Source: Mobula hypostoma (Eukaryota). From it: a stretch of 64,000 nt of DNA. The notes under the pieces were generated by a model that ran no database searches, was not told the DNA's origin, and saw only the letters and a program-made list of their open reading frames with translations. Of the stretch, positions 38,746 through 49,087 are shown piece after piece (position 1 is the first letter of the stretch; every line of letters starts with the position of its first letter). The DNA is taken from assembly GCF_963921235.1 (NCBI RefSeq), contig NC_086097.1:55244001-55308000 (forward strand), read 5' to 3'. Position numbers and translations under genes: made by a program.

Positions 38746-40190
38746 ACTTCTTAAAAAAGGAGGGAGAGAGAAACCGGGGAATTATAGGCCGGTTAGCCTA
38801 ACGTCGGTGGTGGGGAAACTGCTGGAGTCAGTTATCAAGGATGTGATAACAGCACATTTGGAAAGCGGTGAAATGATCGGACAAAGTCAGCATGGATTTG
38901 TGAAAGGAAAATCATGTCTGACGAATCTCATAGAATTTTTTGAGGATGTAACTAGTAGAGTGGATAGGGGAGAACCAGTGGATGTGGTATATTTGGATTT
39001 TCAAAAGGCTTTTGACAAGGTCCCACATAGGAGATTAGTGTGCAAACTTAAAGCACACGGTATTGGGGGTAAGGTATTGGTGTGGGTGGAGAATTGGTTA
39101 GCAGACAGGAAGCAAAGAGTGGGAATAAACGGGACCTTTTCAGAATGGCAGGCGGTGACTAGTGGGGTACCGCAAGGCTCAGTGCTGGGACCCCAGTTGT
39201 TTACAATATATATTAATGACTTGGATGAGGGAATTAAATGCGGCATCTCCAAGTTTGCGGATGACACGAAGCTGGGTGGCAGTGTTAGCAGTGAGGAGGA
39301 TGCTAAGAGGATGCAGGGTGACTTGGATAGGTTGGGTGAGTGGGCAAACTCATGGCAGATGCAATTTAATGTGGATAAATGTGAAGTTATCCACTTTGGT
39401 GGCAAAAATAGGAAAACAGATTATTATCTGAATGGTGGCCGATTAGGAAAAGGGGAGGTGCAACGAGACCTGGGTGTCATTATACACCAGTCATTGAAAG
39501 TGGGCATGCAGGTACAGCAGGCGGTGAAAAAGGCGAACGGTATGCTGGCATTTATAGCGAGAGGATTCGAGTACAGGAGCAGGGAGGTACTACTGCAGTT
39601 TGTACAAGGCCTTGGTGAGACCACACCTGGAGTATTGTGTGCAGTTTTGGTCCCCTAATCTGAGGAAAGACATCTTTGCCATAGAGGGAGTACAAAGAAG
39701 GTTCACCAGATTGATTCCTGGGATGGCAGGTCTTTCATATGAAGAAAGACTGGATGAACTGGGCTTGTACTCGTTGGAATTTAGAAGATTGAGGGGGGAT
39801 CTGATTGAAACGTATAAGATCCTAAAGGGATTGGACAGGCTAGATGCAGGAAGATTGTTCCCGATGTTGGGGAGGTCTAGAACGAGGGGTCACAGTTTGA
39901 GGATAGAGGGGAAGCCTTTTAGGACCGAGGTTAGGAAAAACTTCTTCACACAGAGAGTGGTGAATCTGTGGAATTCTCTGCCACAGCAAACTGTTGAGGC
40001 CAGTTCATTAGCTATGTTTAAAAGGAAGTTAGATATGGCCCTTGTGGCTACAGGGGTCAGGGGGTATGGAGGGAAGGCTGGGTTCTGAGTTGGATGATCA
40101 GCCATGATCATAATAAATGGCGGTGCAGGCTCGAAGGGCCGAATGGCCTACTCCTGCACCTATTTTCTATGTTTCTATGTTTCTATGTTT
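38746..40190 (+). mobile_element. Young 5'-truncated CR1 LINE; ORF2 RT broken by one frameshift at ~39600
   Basis: QHGFVKGKSCLTNL, YLDFQKAFDKVPH, SGVPQGSVLGP, KFADD, RPHLEYCVQFWSP, RTRGHSL; (TTTCTATG)3 tail. Confidence 0.95.
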
Positions 40191-41299
40191 CTGCTTTCAA
40201 CCATCTCTCAATTCATTTCATAAACATTTTATAAACTTTATATGAATCCCCAATCACTTTCTCAAATTCTCCATAATCTTAAAACATTCAAAATGCCCTC
40301 ATAACTTTCCCAGTTGCATGTTAGTACAACCCCTTTAAATTGAGTTCCTTATTAAAACTGGATACTGTTTCAAATCCTTCCTTTGCTATCACTAATTAAA
40401 ATCGTTTGATATTCCCTTTCAAGCTGTAATGTTAAACACTCAGCATTACAAATAAGGGGAGTATCCTTTTGCCATGTATAATTAATGTACTGGCTTAGGG
40501 AACTGTACAAGTAGCCATAAAATCTTTGTTAGGAAATGTGTCAGCGTTTTACAAGCGACATGATGAACTTTTAATCGATTTCACGATCTTACACAAATAG
40601 GGATCAGGGAAACGTTTTGAGTGTGGATTTTTTTCATGACATCTGGCTATTAATTATACATTAGTCTGGATTTTACGAAATATGAGGAGTACAATATAAA
40701 ACGCTCGAGCCTGCAAAATTATGTGGCTTTATTTCCTCCGTTGAAAATATTTGCTGCACCAATAAAAGTACCCCGGGGATATCAGCAAACATAAGCAACA
40801 CCACAATATAATGCCTGCTTGAAAGTGATCCAGTGAAGCCACGGTGAATCGGTCCCTCATGTGGGCGAGTGATTTGCACAGTAAAATACTGACTTTATTG
40901 TGATTTGCACATCATTCGATCAGTGAAAATAAGTTGCTGTGTACTGGATACAAGTATGGTACTTGTATCATTTTCCTTATTTCCTTCAGGTTTACATATA
41001 TTAACTATCGGCTTTTAAAATATAACATTTTTTTCGTGAGTGATATTAGAGTAAGGAAATCGATAGCAACTCTTCAAAAAAAAACGAAGGTACAGAAAGA
41101 GCAAAGGCTAGAGACCAAGTCACGCTCATAACCACCCCATTTCACGGCCGTTTTAACTCTTGTGGGGTCCAAAAATGTATTTAACTTTTATGGGTGGCTA
41201 AGCTTGAGGTCCATCGTAAACACAAAAGATCCTGCAGACGCTGGGAATCTTGAACGGCACACGCAAAATGTTGAAGGCCCCCCACTCCCTCAGGTAGAA

Positions 41300-41560
41300 G
41301 ACCTAATTATTTTTAAAAGCCTCGGAATCACGTAAATATAGTTGAACAGTTTCTTCCCCTCTGCCATCCGATTCCTGGATGGGCATTGAACGTATGACTT
41401 GTTTATTTTAATTTTCACTACTAATTTAATTTAACTATTTCATATGCACTATATTTACTGTAATTCATTTTTTCTCTATTACTGTATTATGTATCGCATT
41501 GTTCAGTTGCCACAAAGACAAATTTCACGACATAAGCCGGTGATATTATACCTGATTCTG
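41300..41560 (+). mobile_element. Rex1-type LINE 3' end fragment
   Basis: AACAGTTTCTTCCCCTCTGCCATC and ACCTGATTCTGA tail. Confidence 0.65.
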
Positions 41561-41639
41561 AAATAATTGAAACATGGTTTAATAAACTTTAATGTCATTG
41601 TTAAAATAAAGGAGGGAAAAAGAGCTACCCACACTTTCC

Positions 41640-41861
41640 TTGACATTTCGGGCTGGTGATCGGACCCATTGGAATGAATGGAGAGCCCTGAACCTACCTG
41701 CCGTGACCCATGGAGAGACAGCAGGACGTCAACGCACCTGGAGCTGATCCCCACGTGATCCCGACTCTCGCTCAGCAATGCGCAGGCGCAGATGTCGGGG
41801 AGTGCTGATTTGCAGACCCGAGCATGAACCAATCCGCGTGAAAAAGGAGCAGTTGGGACGT
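41640..41861. promoter_or_regulatory. CpG-rich promoter-like element
   Basis: E-box CACGTG 41752-41757, NRF1-type TGCGCAGGCGCA 41779-41790, CCAAT 41829-41833, retained CpGs in non-repeat sequence. Confidence 0.55.
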
Positions 41862-42090
41862 TGTGGTAAACCATGTATATATGTTGTAACTGGGTTACCT
41901 GTCTGGACACGCCCCTCTGCTGACTGCCCCTGTGGCTCCTCCCACAGAGTCCTGTATAAAGGTGTTCGCCTTGCCCCTCCCCCTCAGTCCGGGGGCAGAC
42001 ACTCACTGTGGAGGTCGTATTGTACAGCGAATAAAAGCCTTTCAGTATTTTATCAAACCTCAGTCTTTTGGAGTAATTGAAGGTGCTTCA
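41862..42090 (+). repeat. 5' LTR
   Basis: TGTGG...TTCA; TATAAA 41955-41960; AATAAA 42030-42035; 3 substitutions versus the 3' LTR. Confidence 0.96.
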
Positions 42091-42116
42091 ATTTTATTCA
42101 CTGTACGTTTTAAAAC

Positions 42117-43460
42117 ATGGAACAGTCTCTGAGACCAGAAAAATTAGACCTCGATCCGCACATGCCTGATGCTGGAAATGCTTTCGAACTCTGGCTGGCC
42201 TGCTTCAAGGCGTATCTAGAGGAGATTAAAGCGACCGACCCCGTAGTGAAGCGCAGAGTTCTACTCTCCAGGGTCAGTCCATGGGTTTATTCGCTGATCA
42301 GAGACCAGCCGAACTACGACGGCGCGATGAACGCACTCAAAAGACAATACCTGCGGCCGATAAACAGCGTCTATGCTCGGCACCGTTTAGCGACACGGCA
42401 ACAACGCCCCGGGGAATCGAGTGCTGAGTTCGTCCAGGCCCTACGGACGCTCGTGCGAGCCTGCAATTGCCAGGAGCTGACGGCGGCGCAGCATGCAGAA
42501 CTCCTAGTGAGAGACGCCTTCGTCACCGGGACCAGGTCAGTGTACGTGCGCCAGCGGCTGCTGGAAAAAGCCGATCTTACCCTAAATTTGGCGATGGAGC
42601 TGGCTGATACGTTGGAGGCCGCTCTGCATAACTCCGAGGCTCTCCAGGCACGCGATCCCCCGATGGCCTTGTGGGCGCTGCAGACCCCGCAACCTGCCGG
42701 CAAATCGACCTCGGCTGCAGCCAGTCGTGAGTCCGTGAAGTGCTACTTCTGCGGACTAGAGAAGCACCCCCGGAAACGCTGCCCGGCCCGACAAGCTACC
42801 TGCTCCAGCTGCGGAAAGAAGGGCCACTTCGCCAAGATCTGTAAGTCAAAACCGCGAGTGGGATCGAGCAGCGCCACGTGCGAGACGTGGAGGTCGCCAT
42901 CTTCCCTGCACACTGCTACCACGTGCGAGACATGGGGGCTGCCATCTTCCCTGCACGCCACCACCACGTGCGAGACATGGGGGCGGTCATCTTGGTCGGC
43001 GCCACCTCCCACCGCCTACGACCAACGGGTGCTCAGGGGGCACCCCACCACGCTGGACCAAGACAGTGACCCCACCCTGGCTTCCGTGACCCTCGACCAA
43101 AGCGCTCCCCACCAGCTCGCAAGGTCAATGATGGACATCCTGGTGGAGGGGCGCAGGACAAGCTGCCTGTTTGACACAGGCAGCGCGGAGAGTTTTATCC
43201 ACCCGGACACGGTGCAGCATTGCAGACTCGTGATATGGCCGGTAAGTCAGAGGGTCACCGTGGCTTCCAAGTTGCATACAACAGACATCCGGGGGGGTTG
43301 TGTCGCAACACTAGTGGTGCAGGGCACAGAATATCGGGACTTTACGTTACTGGTCTTGCCTCAACTGTGTGCCCCTGTGCTATTGGGGTTGGACTTCCAG
43401 AGCCACCTGAAAAGCGTGACAATGAAGTATGATGGGCCCCTCCCGCCAATACTGTCATAA
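42117..43460 (+). CDS. Gypsy Gag (two zinc knuckles) plus aspartic protease
   Basis: CYFCGLEKHPRKRC, CSSCGKKGHFAKIC, LFDTGS, LLGLDF; the frame shifts near 43450. Confidence 0.9.
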   Translation: MEQSLRPEKLDLDPHMPDAGNAFELWLACFKAYLEEIKATDPVVKRRVLLSRVSPWVYSLIRDQPNYDGAMNALKRQYLRPINSVYARHRLATRQQRPGESSAEFVQALRTLVRACNCQELTAAQHAELLVRDAFVTGTRSVYVRQRLLEKADLTLNLAMELADTLEAALHNSEALQARDPPMALWALQTPQPAGKSTSAAASRESVKCYFCGLEKHPRKRCPARQATCSSCGKKGHFAKICKSKPRVGSSSATCETWRSPSSLHTATTCETWGLPSSLHATTTCETWGRSSWSAPPPTAYDQRVLRGHPTTLDQDSDPTLASVTLDQSAPHQLARSMMDILVEGRRTSCLFDTGSAESFIHPDTVQHCRLVIWPVSQRVTVASKLHTTDIRGGCVATLVVQGTEYRDFTLLVLPQLCAPVLLGLDFQSHLKSVTMKYDGPLPPILS

Positions 43461-43480
43461 ATCCCCTGTTTTGTAGAGAT

Positions 43481-45904
43481 ATGTCACATACCCCGCTACT
43501 GACCACACACACACACCGACCCGTGCATCCCACCCAACATCATGCCAACTGCCACACTACTGACACCACTTGTGGCCTCTCCACCCTCAGGATCCCTCCC
43601 CCACCGCTGTTCACCAATCTGACCCCCGATTGTAAACCTGTGGCAACTAAAAGCAGGAGGTACAGCGCAGGGGACAGAGCTTTCATTAAGTCGGAGGTGC
43701 AGCAGCTGCTCAGGGAGGGGGTCATTGAGGCAAGCACAAGTCCTTGGAGGGCGCAGGTGGTCGTTGTTCGGAACGGGGAGAAGAATAGGATGGTCGTGGA
43801 CTATAGCCAGACCATCAATAGGTTCACGCAGCTCGACGCGTACCCTCTACCCCGCATCGCAGATATGGTCAATCAGATAGCACAGTACAAGGTGTACTTG
43901 ACCATAGACCTAAAATCTGCTTACCATCAGCTCCCCATCCACCTGGAGGACCGCTCTTACACTGCCTTCGAGGCGGACGGCAGGCTTTATCAATTCCTGC
44001 GTGTCCCCTTTGGTGACACGAATGGTGTATCTGTCTTCCAGAGGGCAATGGACTGGATGGTGGACCAGTGCCAACTGAAGGCCATGTTCCCATATCTGGA
44101 TAACATCACCATCTGCGGTCACGACCAGCAGGGTCACGACAACAACCTCCAAAAATTTCTCCAAGCGGCCAAGTCTTTCAACCTCACCTATAACAAGGAC
44201 AAGTGTGTATTTGGGACCACCCGACTTGCTATCCCTGGGTGTGTCGTGGAGAATGGAGTCATTGGCCCTGACCCCGACAGTATGCGGCCCCTGTTGGAAC
44301 TCCCTCTTCCCAACACCCTCAGAGCCCTCAAAAGGTGCCTGGGCTTCTTTTCATATTACGCCCAATGAGTCTCTAACTATGCAGACAAGGCCCGTCCCCT
44401 GGTCAAGTCCGCCACTTTCCCCCTCTCTGCTGAGGCCCACGCGGCCTTCAACCGCATAAAAGGGGACATTGCCAAAGCAGCAATGCATGCGGTGGATGAG
44501 GCCATTCCCTTCCAAGTAGAGAGTGACGCCTCCGACTTTGCGCTGGCTGCTACCCTCAACCAGGCAGGAAGACCAGTGGCGTTCTTCTCCCGTACCCTTC
44601 AAGGCCCTGAAATTCGGCACTCTGCGGTAGAGAAAGAGGCCCAGGCCATAGTGGAAGCTGTAAGGCACTGGAGGCACTATCTTGCCGTCAAAAGGTTCAC
44701 CCTGCTAACTGACCAGCGCTCAGTCGCATTCATGTTTAATAATCAGCAGCGGAGCAAATTCAAAAATGATAAAATTCTAAGGTGGAGAATCGAACTCTCC
44801 ACCTACAACTATGACATCATGTACAGGCCTGGGAAGCTCAACGAGCCCTCCGATGCCCTATCCCGGGGAACATGCGCCAGCGCGCAGATCGACCGGCTAT
44901 ACGCCTTACATGTAGACCTTTGCCACCCGGGAGTCACCCGGCTTTTCCACTTCGTGAAAGCCCGGAACCTGCCTTACTCCCTTGAGGAGATCAGGATGAT
45001 GACCAGGGACTGCCAAGTCTGCGCAGAGTGCAAACCGCACTTCTACCGACCTGAAAAGGCACAACTCATCAAGGCCACCCGCCCCTTTGAGCGACTGAGT
45101 GTTGACTTTAAGGGCCCCCTTCCCTCCACCGACCGCAATGTGTACTTTCTTAACGTAATTGACGAGTACTCGCGGTTCCCCTTCGCCATCCCCTGCCCCG
45201 ACACCACTACCGCGTCAGTTATAAAAGCCCTGCACAAGCTTTTCACTCTGTTCGGATACCCATGCTATATCCACAGTGACAGAGGGTCCTTGTTTATGAG
45301 TGACGAGCTGCGCCAATACCTACTGGCTAGGGGAATTGCAACCAGTAGGACCACGAGCTATAATCCCCGGGGGAATGGACAGGTGGTGAATGAGAATGGC
45401 ACGGTGTGGAAAGCCACACTCTTAGACCTCAGGTCAAAGGGACTGCCGGTCTCCTGCTGGCAGGAGGTCCTTCCCGAGGCACTCCACTCCATCCGCTCCC
45501 TGTTATGCACAGCCACCAATGCCACCCCTCATGAGCGGCTCTTTTCTTTTCCCAGAAAATCGACCACTGGAACCACCCTACCATCTTGGCTGATGTCCCT
45601 GGGACCAGTGCTGCTCCGGAAACATGCGAGGAGCAATAAATACTCCGCGATAGTTGAGAGGGTTCACTTACTTCATGCGAACCCTCAGTATGCCTATGTG
45701 GTTTTACCTGATGGGCGGGAGGACACGGTCTCCATCCGCGACCTGGCGCCCGCAGGAGCTCTGGGCCCCTACCCTGAACACTCCGTGGTGACTATTGACC
45801 CCGTACCCACCAATGTATGTACCTACGACACACCCTATACAGACACCATACGACACTCCCATACCAGGCACGACGCACACGCACAAGGGATTACCGATGC
45901 CTAA
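43481..45904 (+). pseudogene. Gypsy Pol: RT, RNase H, integrase; in-frame TGA at 44366-44368
   Basis: SPWRAQVVVV, RMVVDY, IDLKSAYHQL, YLDN; VESDASD, EKEAQAIV, TDQRS; H-H-C-C (LHVDLCHPG...CQVC), SVDFKG, HSDRG; both ORFs are in the same frame. Confidence 0.92.
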
Positions 45905-46076
45905 CATGCTGGTACCTCAAGTCAGGCCGGAGCCAGCACAACCGCCATCGCCGGTGCTACGTCGATCACAGCGACGGACTCGACCGCCTGATAGACTTGA
46001 CCTGTAAATATACTTGTTTTAAATATTGTCAGTCACTTCACCCCGCGGGACTCTTTTTTAAAAAAGGAGGGGTGAA

Positions 46077-46305
46077 TGTGGTAAACCATGTATATATGTT
46101 GTAACTGGGTTACCTGTCTGGACATGCCCCTCTGCTGACTGCCCCTGTGGCTCCTCCCACAGAGTCCTGTATAAAGGTGTTCGCCTTGCCCCTCCCCCTC
46201 AGTCCGGGGGCAGACACTCACTATGGAGGTCGTATTGTACAGCGAATAAAAGCCTTTCAGTATTTTACCAAACCTCAGTCTTTTGGAGTAATTGAAGGTG
46301 CTTCA
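46077..46305 (+). repeat. 3' LTR
   Basis: Direct repeat of 41862-42090, preceded by the polypurine tract. Confidence 0.96.
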
Positions 46306-46993
46306 GATGTGAAACTTGTTCCAACTTGTAAAGTAATGTTCTCCTTGTCTGTACTAATACGCAGTGCTTCCGTTTCACAAATGACTGACCCAGTTTGTAT
46401 ACCAGAAGGCAAAAGAAGTTACACTGTGCTATTTTGAAAGGCCAGTAGGAGGAAGATCTGACTCTTTCATTCTTCCCTCACCTTGGCCTTCACCGTCGGA
46501 ATAGTAGCAAATAGAACAAACATGATGAGAAGTGAGCTGATAAACTGAAGTGCGAGTTAAAATTTAGGTGGAACTAATAGATGAGTTGTTTATGTTTAAT
46601 TCTTACTCAGGACTTTATTTCAGAAACAGGTTATTCATACTGTATGACAATAAGATTAAAATTCATCTGGAGGAAAGGAATAAAGTTATGTTGAGGAGTG
46701 CCACATGTGCTAATACTCACCGAATTCGGTGTTTTAGAACATCCAGCAAGAAATCAAATGAGCTGCTGTTTTACATCGACCTAAATTTGTCAGTTCCATT
46801 GACTGCATTTATTCCAGCGAAGTCAGTACATTTAACATGGAGAATTTTGTTGGAACACATCCGTTGCATGCTCTATGCTCTCTCTTATTAACTGCTTTTA
46901 ATTAGTGTAGCTGTCTTTTTTCATAGGCAGAAAATTTGAGTGTACTTATGTCAGAATATACCAATATAAACTACTGACGTGAATTTTTTGGGG

Positions 46994-47954
46994 TGTAGTA
47001 GCGTGGATGAAATCACCGGAGAGACAGAGTCGCTGGTAGATACAAAACAGCTTCTTTATTCGACACAACAAGGTACAGCAGACATCTTAACGGACGGAGA
47101 CGCTTTCCGCAGAAAGGTCTGCTAGCTTCTTCTTCTTTGAGTTTTTACGGCAGTTGGCATCCACATTGTTGCATTACTGCCATCTTCAGGATTTATCGTC
47201 CTTCATTGTCCATTCACTTTAAAGCCGTCTTTCCAGTCCCGTCACCCTTAAATAACTAAACAACCATTTCCTCCCCGATCACTCTCCCCACATTCCAATA
47301 AACCTTTAACACTGTTCTCTACCAGTCCTATTTTGCGTAATTGTTGTAACATTCGTTGCCTTTCCTGTGCAAATTTCCGGCATGAAATAAGGAAATGCTC
47401 TAGTGTTTCAGTCTCCTGACATAGATCGCAAAAACCTGTTGGATGCTTATTTATGATGGCCAGAGTGCCATTAAGGTTGCCGTGCCCAGTTCTCAGTCTA
47501 CTTATAATCCAATTCCCAGACTACTTATAAATGTGGGCTCGATATTTATATGCTAAATACAAAGGCAATCGCTACTTAAAAAGTTATAGACAATGCTTCC
47601 TATTGAAGCTCATACAAAATCTCACACCATCCTTTCTTCCCGACGCCAACATGTCTCGGTTGGTATCCACAGCCTTTAGGAATGTAGGTTAAGTCTACGA
47701 TACATTTATTTGGCATATCCCGTGCTAACATAGAAGACAATTAATATTTATAATGTCTAAGTGATACTGCCTTCGAAACTACAGTATCAGGTCAAACTAC
47801 AGCGCCAGAAACATCTGGTATTCACACCTTTTAGGAAGCCCATTGTGGTGGACTCAATCCACAGTCCTTTGTCAAACCGTTAAAATAGAAGTCTGGTGGC
47901 CAAAGTCATTTAAGTGTTAACAGATCATCTACCTAAAAGAAATCCACTCTAACA
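46994..47954 (-). mobile_element. Solo LTR (same family as 23256-23662) containing a LINE insert
   Basis: TGTAGTAGCGTGGAT ... ATCCACTCTAACA termini; colinear similarity to 23256-23662; TSD imperfect. Confidence 0.7.
47126..47525 (-). mobile_element. 3' end of a Nimb/I-clade LINE
   Basis: Minus strand encodes SRLRTGHGNLNGTLAIINKHPTGFCDLCQETETLEHFLISC (C-terminal CCHC); GGCAGTAATGCAAC 3' motif and (GAA)n tail. Confidence 0.8.
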
Positions 47955-48466
47955 GTGGGCAAAAATAACTTTCAGAGCTGATTGATTTTGAATTTAGACT
48001 TTTGAGGAAGTTGGTCTCTTTATCTAATGTTGTTTGGTTTAACTTCAAATAAATTTTGTGAATTATTTAGTTGCAAGTATAATGTTCTTCAGTTTGGCTC
48101 AGCAGGACGATAGAATAAAAACTGCCTATTTTGGCTGGGGTAAAGTGAAAATTTAAGAAACATTATGAGAATTTAATTAAATGGAAAAAATGCAGACTTT
48201 CAAATTGGAACTAAAACAATAAGCAGTAGGACAGTTGTGTGTAGAAGTAAGAATTTTTTAAATAATTCTGAGGGGCTGGAAAAGGGTACTAGGAATGGAG
48301 TAAGGTATCAGGTTTGAAAACTAGCAGTCTGGTTCAGCATAACTGATTTTTTATCATTTAACATTATTATCCAATAGTGGGTTGACAGAATTTGCCTCAA
48401 ATTGGATGTTAAGGCAACATTGTTAAGCTTTTAATAGCTAATTACTCCATCATCCTTTCCTCATTT

Positions 48467-48565
48467 GCCCAGTCCTGATGAAGGGTTTCAGCCTAAAACG
48501 TCGACTGTACCTCTTCCTAGAGATGCTGCCCGGCCTGCTGCGTTCACCAGAAACTTTGATGTGTG
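48467..48565 (+). mobile_element. 99-bp PLE terminal insertion consisting of a hammerhead motif plus downstream terminus
   Basis: 15-bp TSD ATCCTTTCCTCATTT at 48452-48466 and 48566-48580; CAGTC-CTGATGA-...-AAAACGTC-GACTG. Confidence 0.85.
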
Positions 48566-48622
48566 ATCCTTTCCTCATTTAATCTTTTCAGGATTGTATA
48601 TTAAAGAATGCCTCCTATTTTA

Positions 48623-48968
48623 GGTGTATAAGATGATGAGAGGCATTGATTGTGTGGATAGTCAGAAGCTTCTTCCCAGGCCCGAAATGGCTAGCACGAG
48701 AGGGCACAGTTTTAAAGTGCTTGGAAGTAGATACAAAGGAGATGTCAGGGGTAATTTTTTTTGCGTAGAGACTGGTGAGTGCTTGGTGGAGGCGGATATA
48801 ATAGAGTCTTTTAAGAGACTCATGAATAGGTACATGGAGCTTAGGAAAATAGAGGGCTATGGGTAACCCTAGGTAATTTCTAAAGTAAGTACAGGTATAT
48901 GTTTGGCACAGCGTTATGGACCAAAGGGCCTGTATTGTGCTGTAGGTTTTCTCTGCTCTATGTTTCTA
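48623..48968 (+). mobile_element. CR1 LINE 3' fragment
   Basis: YKMMRGID...STRGHSFK; same subfamily as ~27290-27577. Confidence 0.85.
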
Positions 48969-49087
48969 TTACGGATTCCATTTTAAAAATATGCTCAAAG
49001 AATCAGTTTGGTTATTTTTGATAACTGAAGAGGGAAAACAAGTTACAAAAAGGAAGCAGCAAAAACATTCAAGATGATTGTTACTTA

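Larger units (their letters stand above)
41862..46305 (+). mobile_element. Full-length Ty3/Gypsy LTR retrotransposon (Mag-like gag with two CCHC motifs)
   Basis: 229-bp TG...CA LTRs, TSD GACGT/GATGT, polypurine tract AAAAAGGAGGGG before the 3' LTR, domain order gag-PR-RT-RH-IN. Confidence 0.97.

Noticed and set aside
38706..40423. Possible minus-strand coding exon split by the CR1
   Set aside because: Splice-like sites exist, but the frames I translated contain stops and no protein was recognisable
40673..40879. 68-aa minus ORF near the CpG element
   Set aside because: No recognisable homology, no true ATG start, no convincing splice sites
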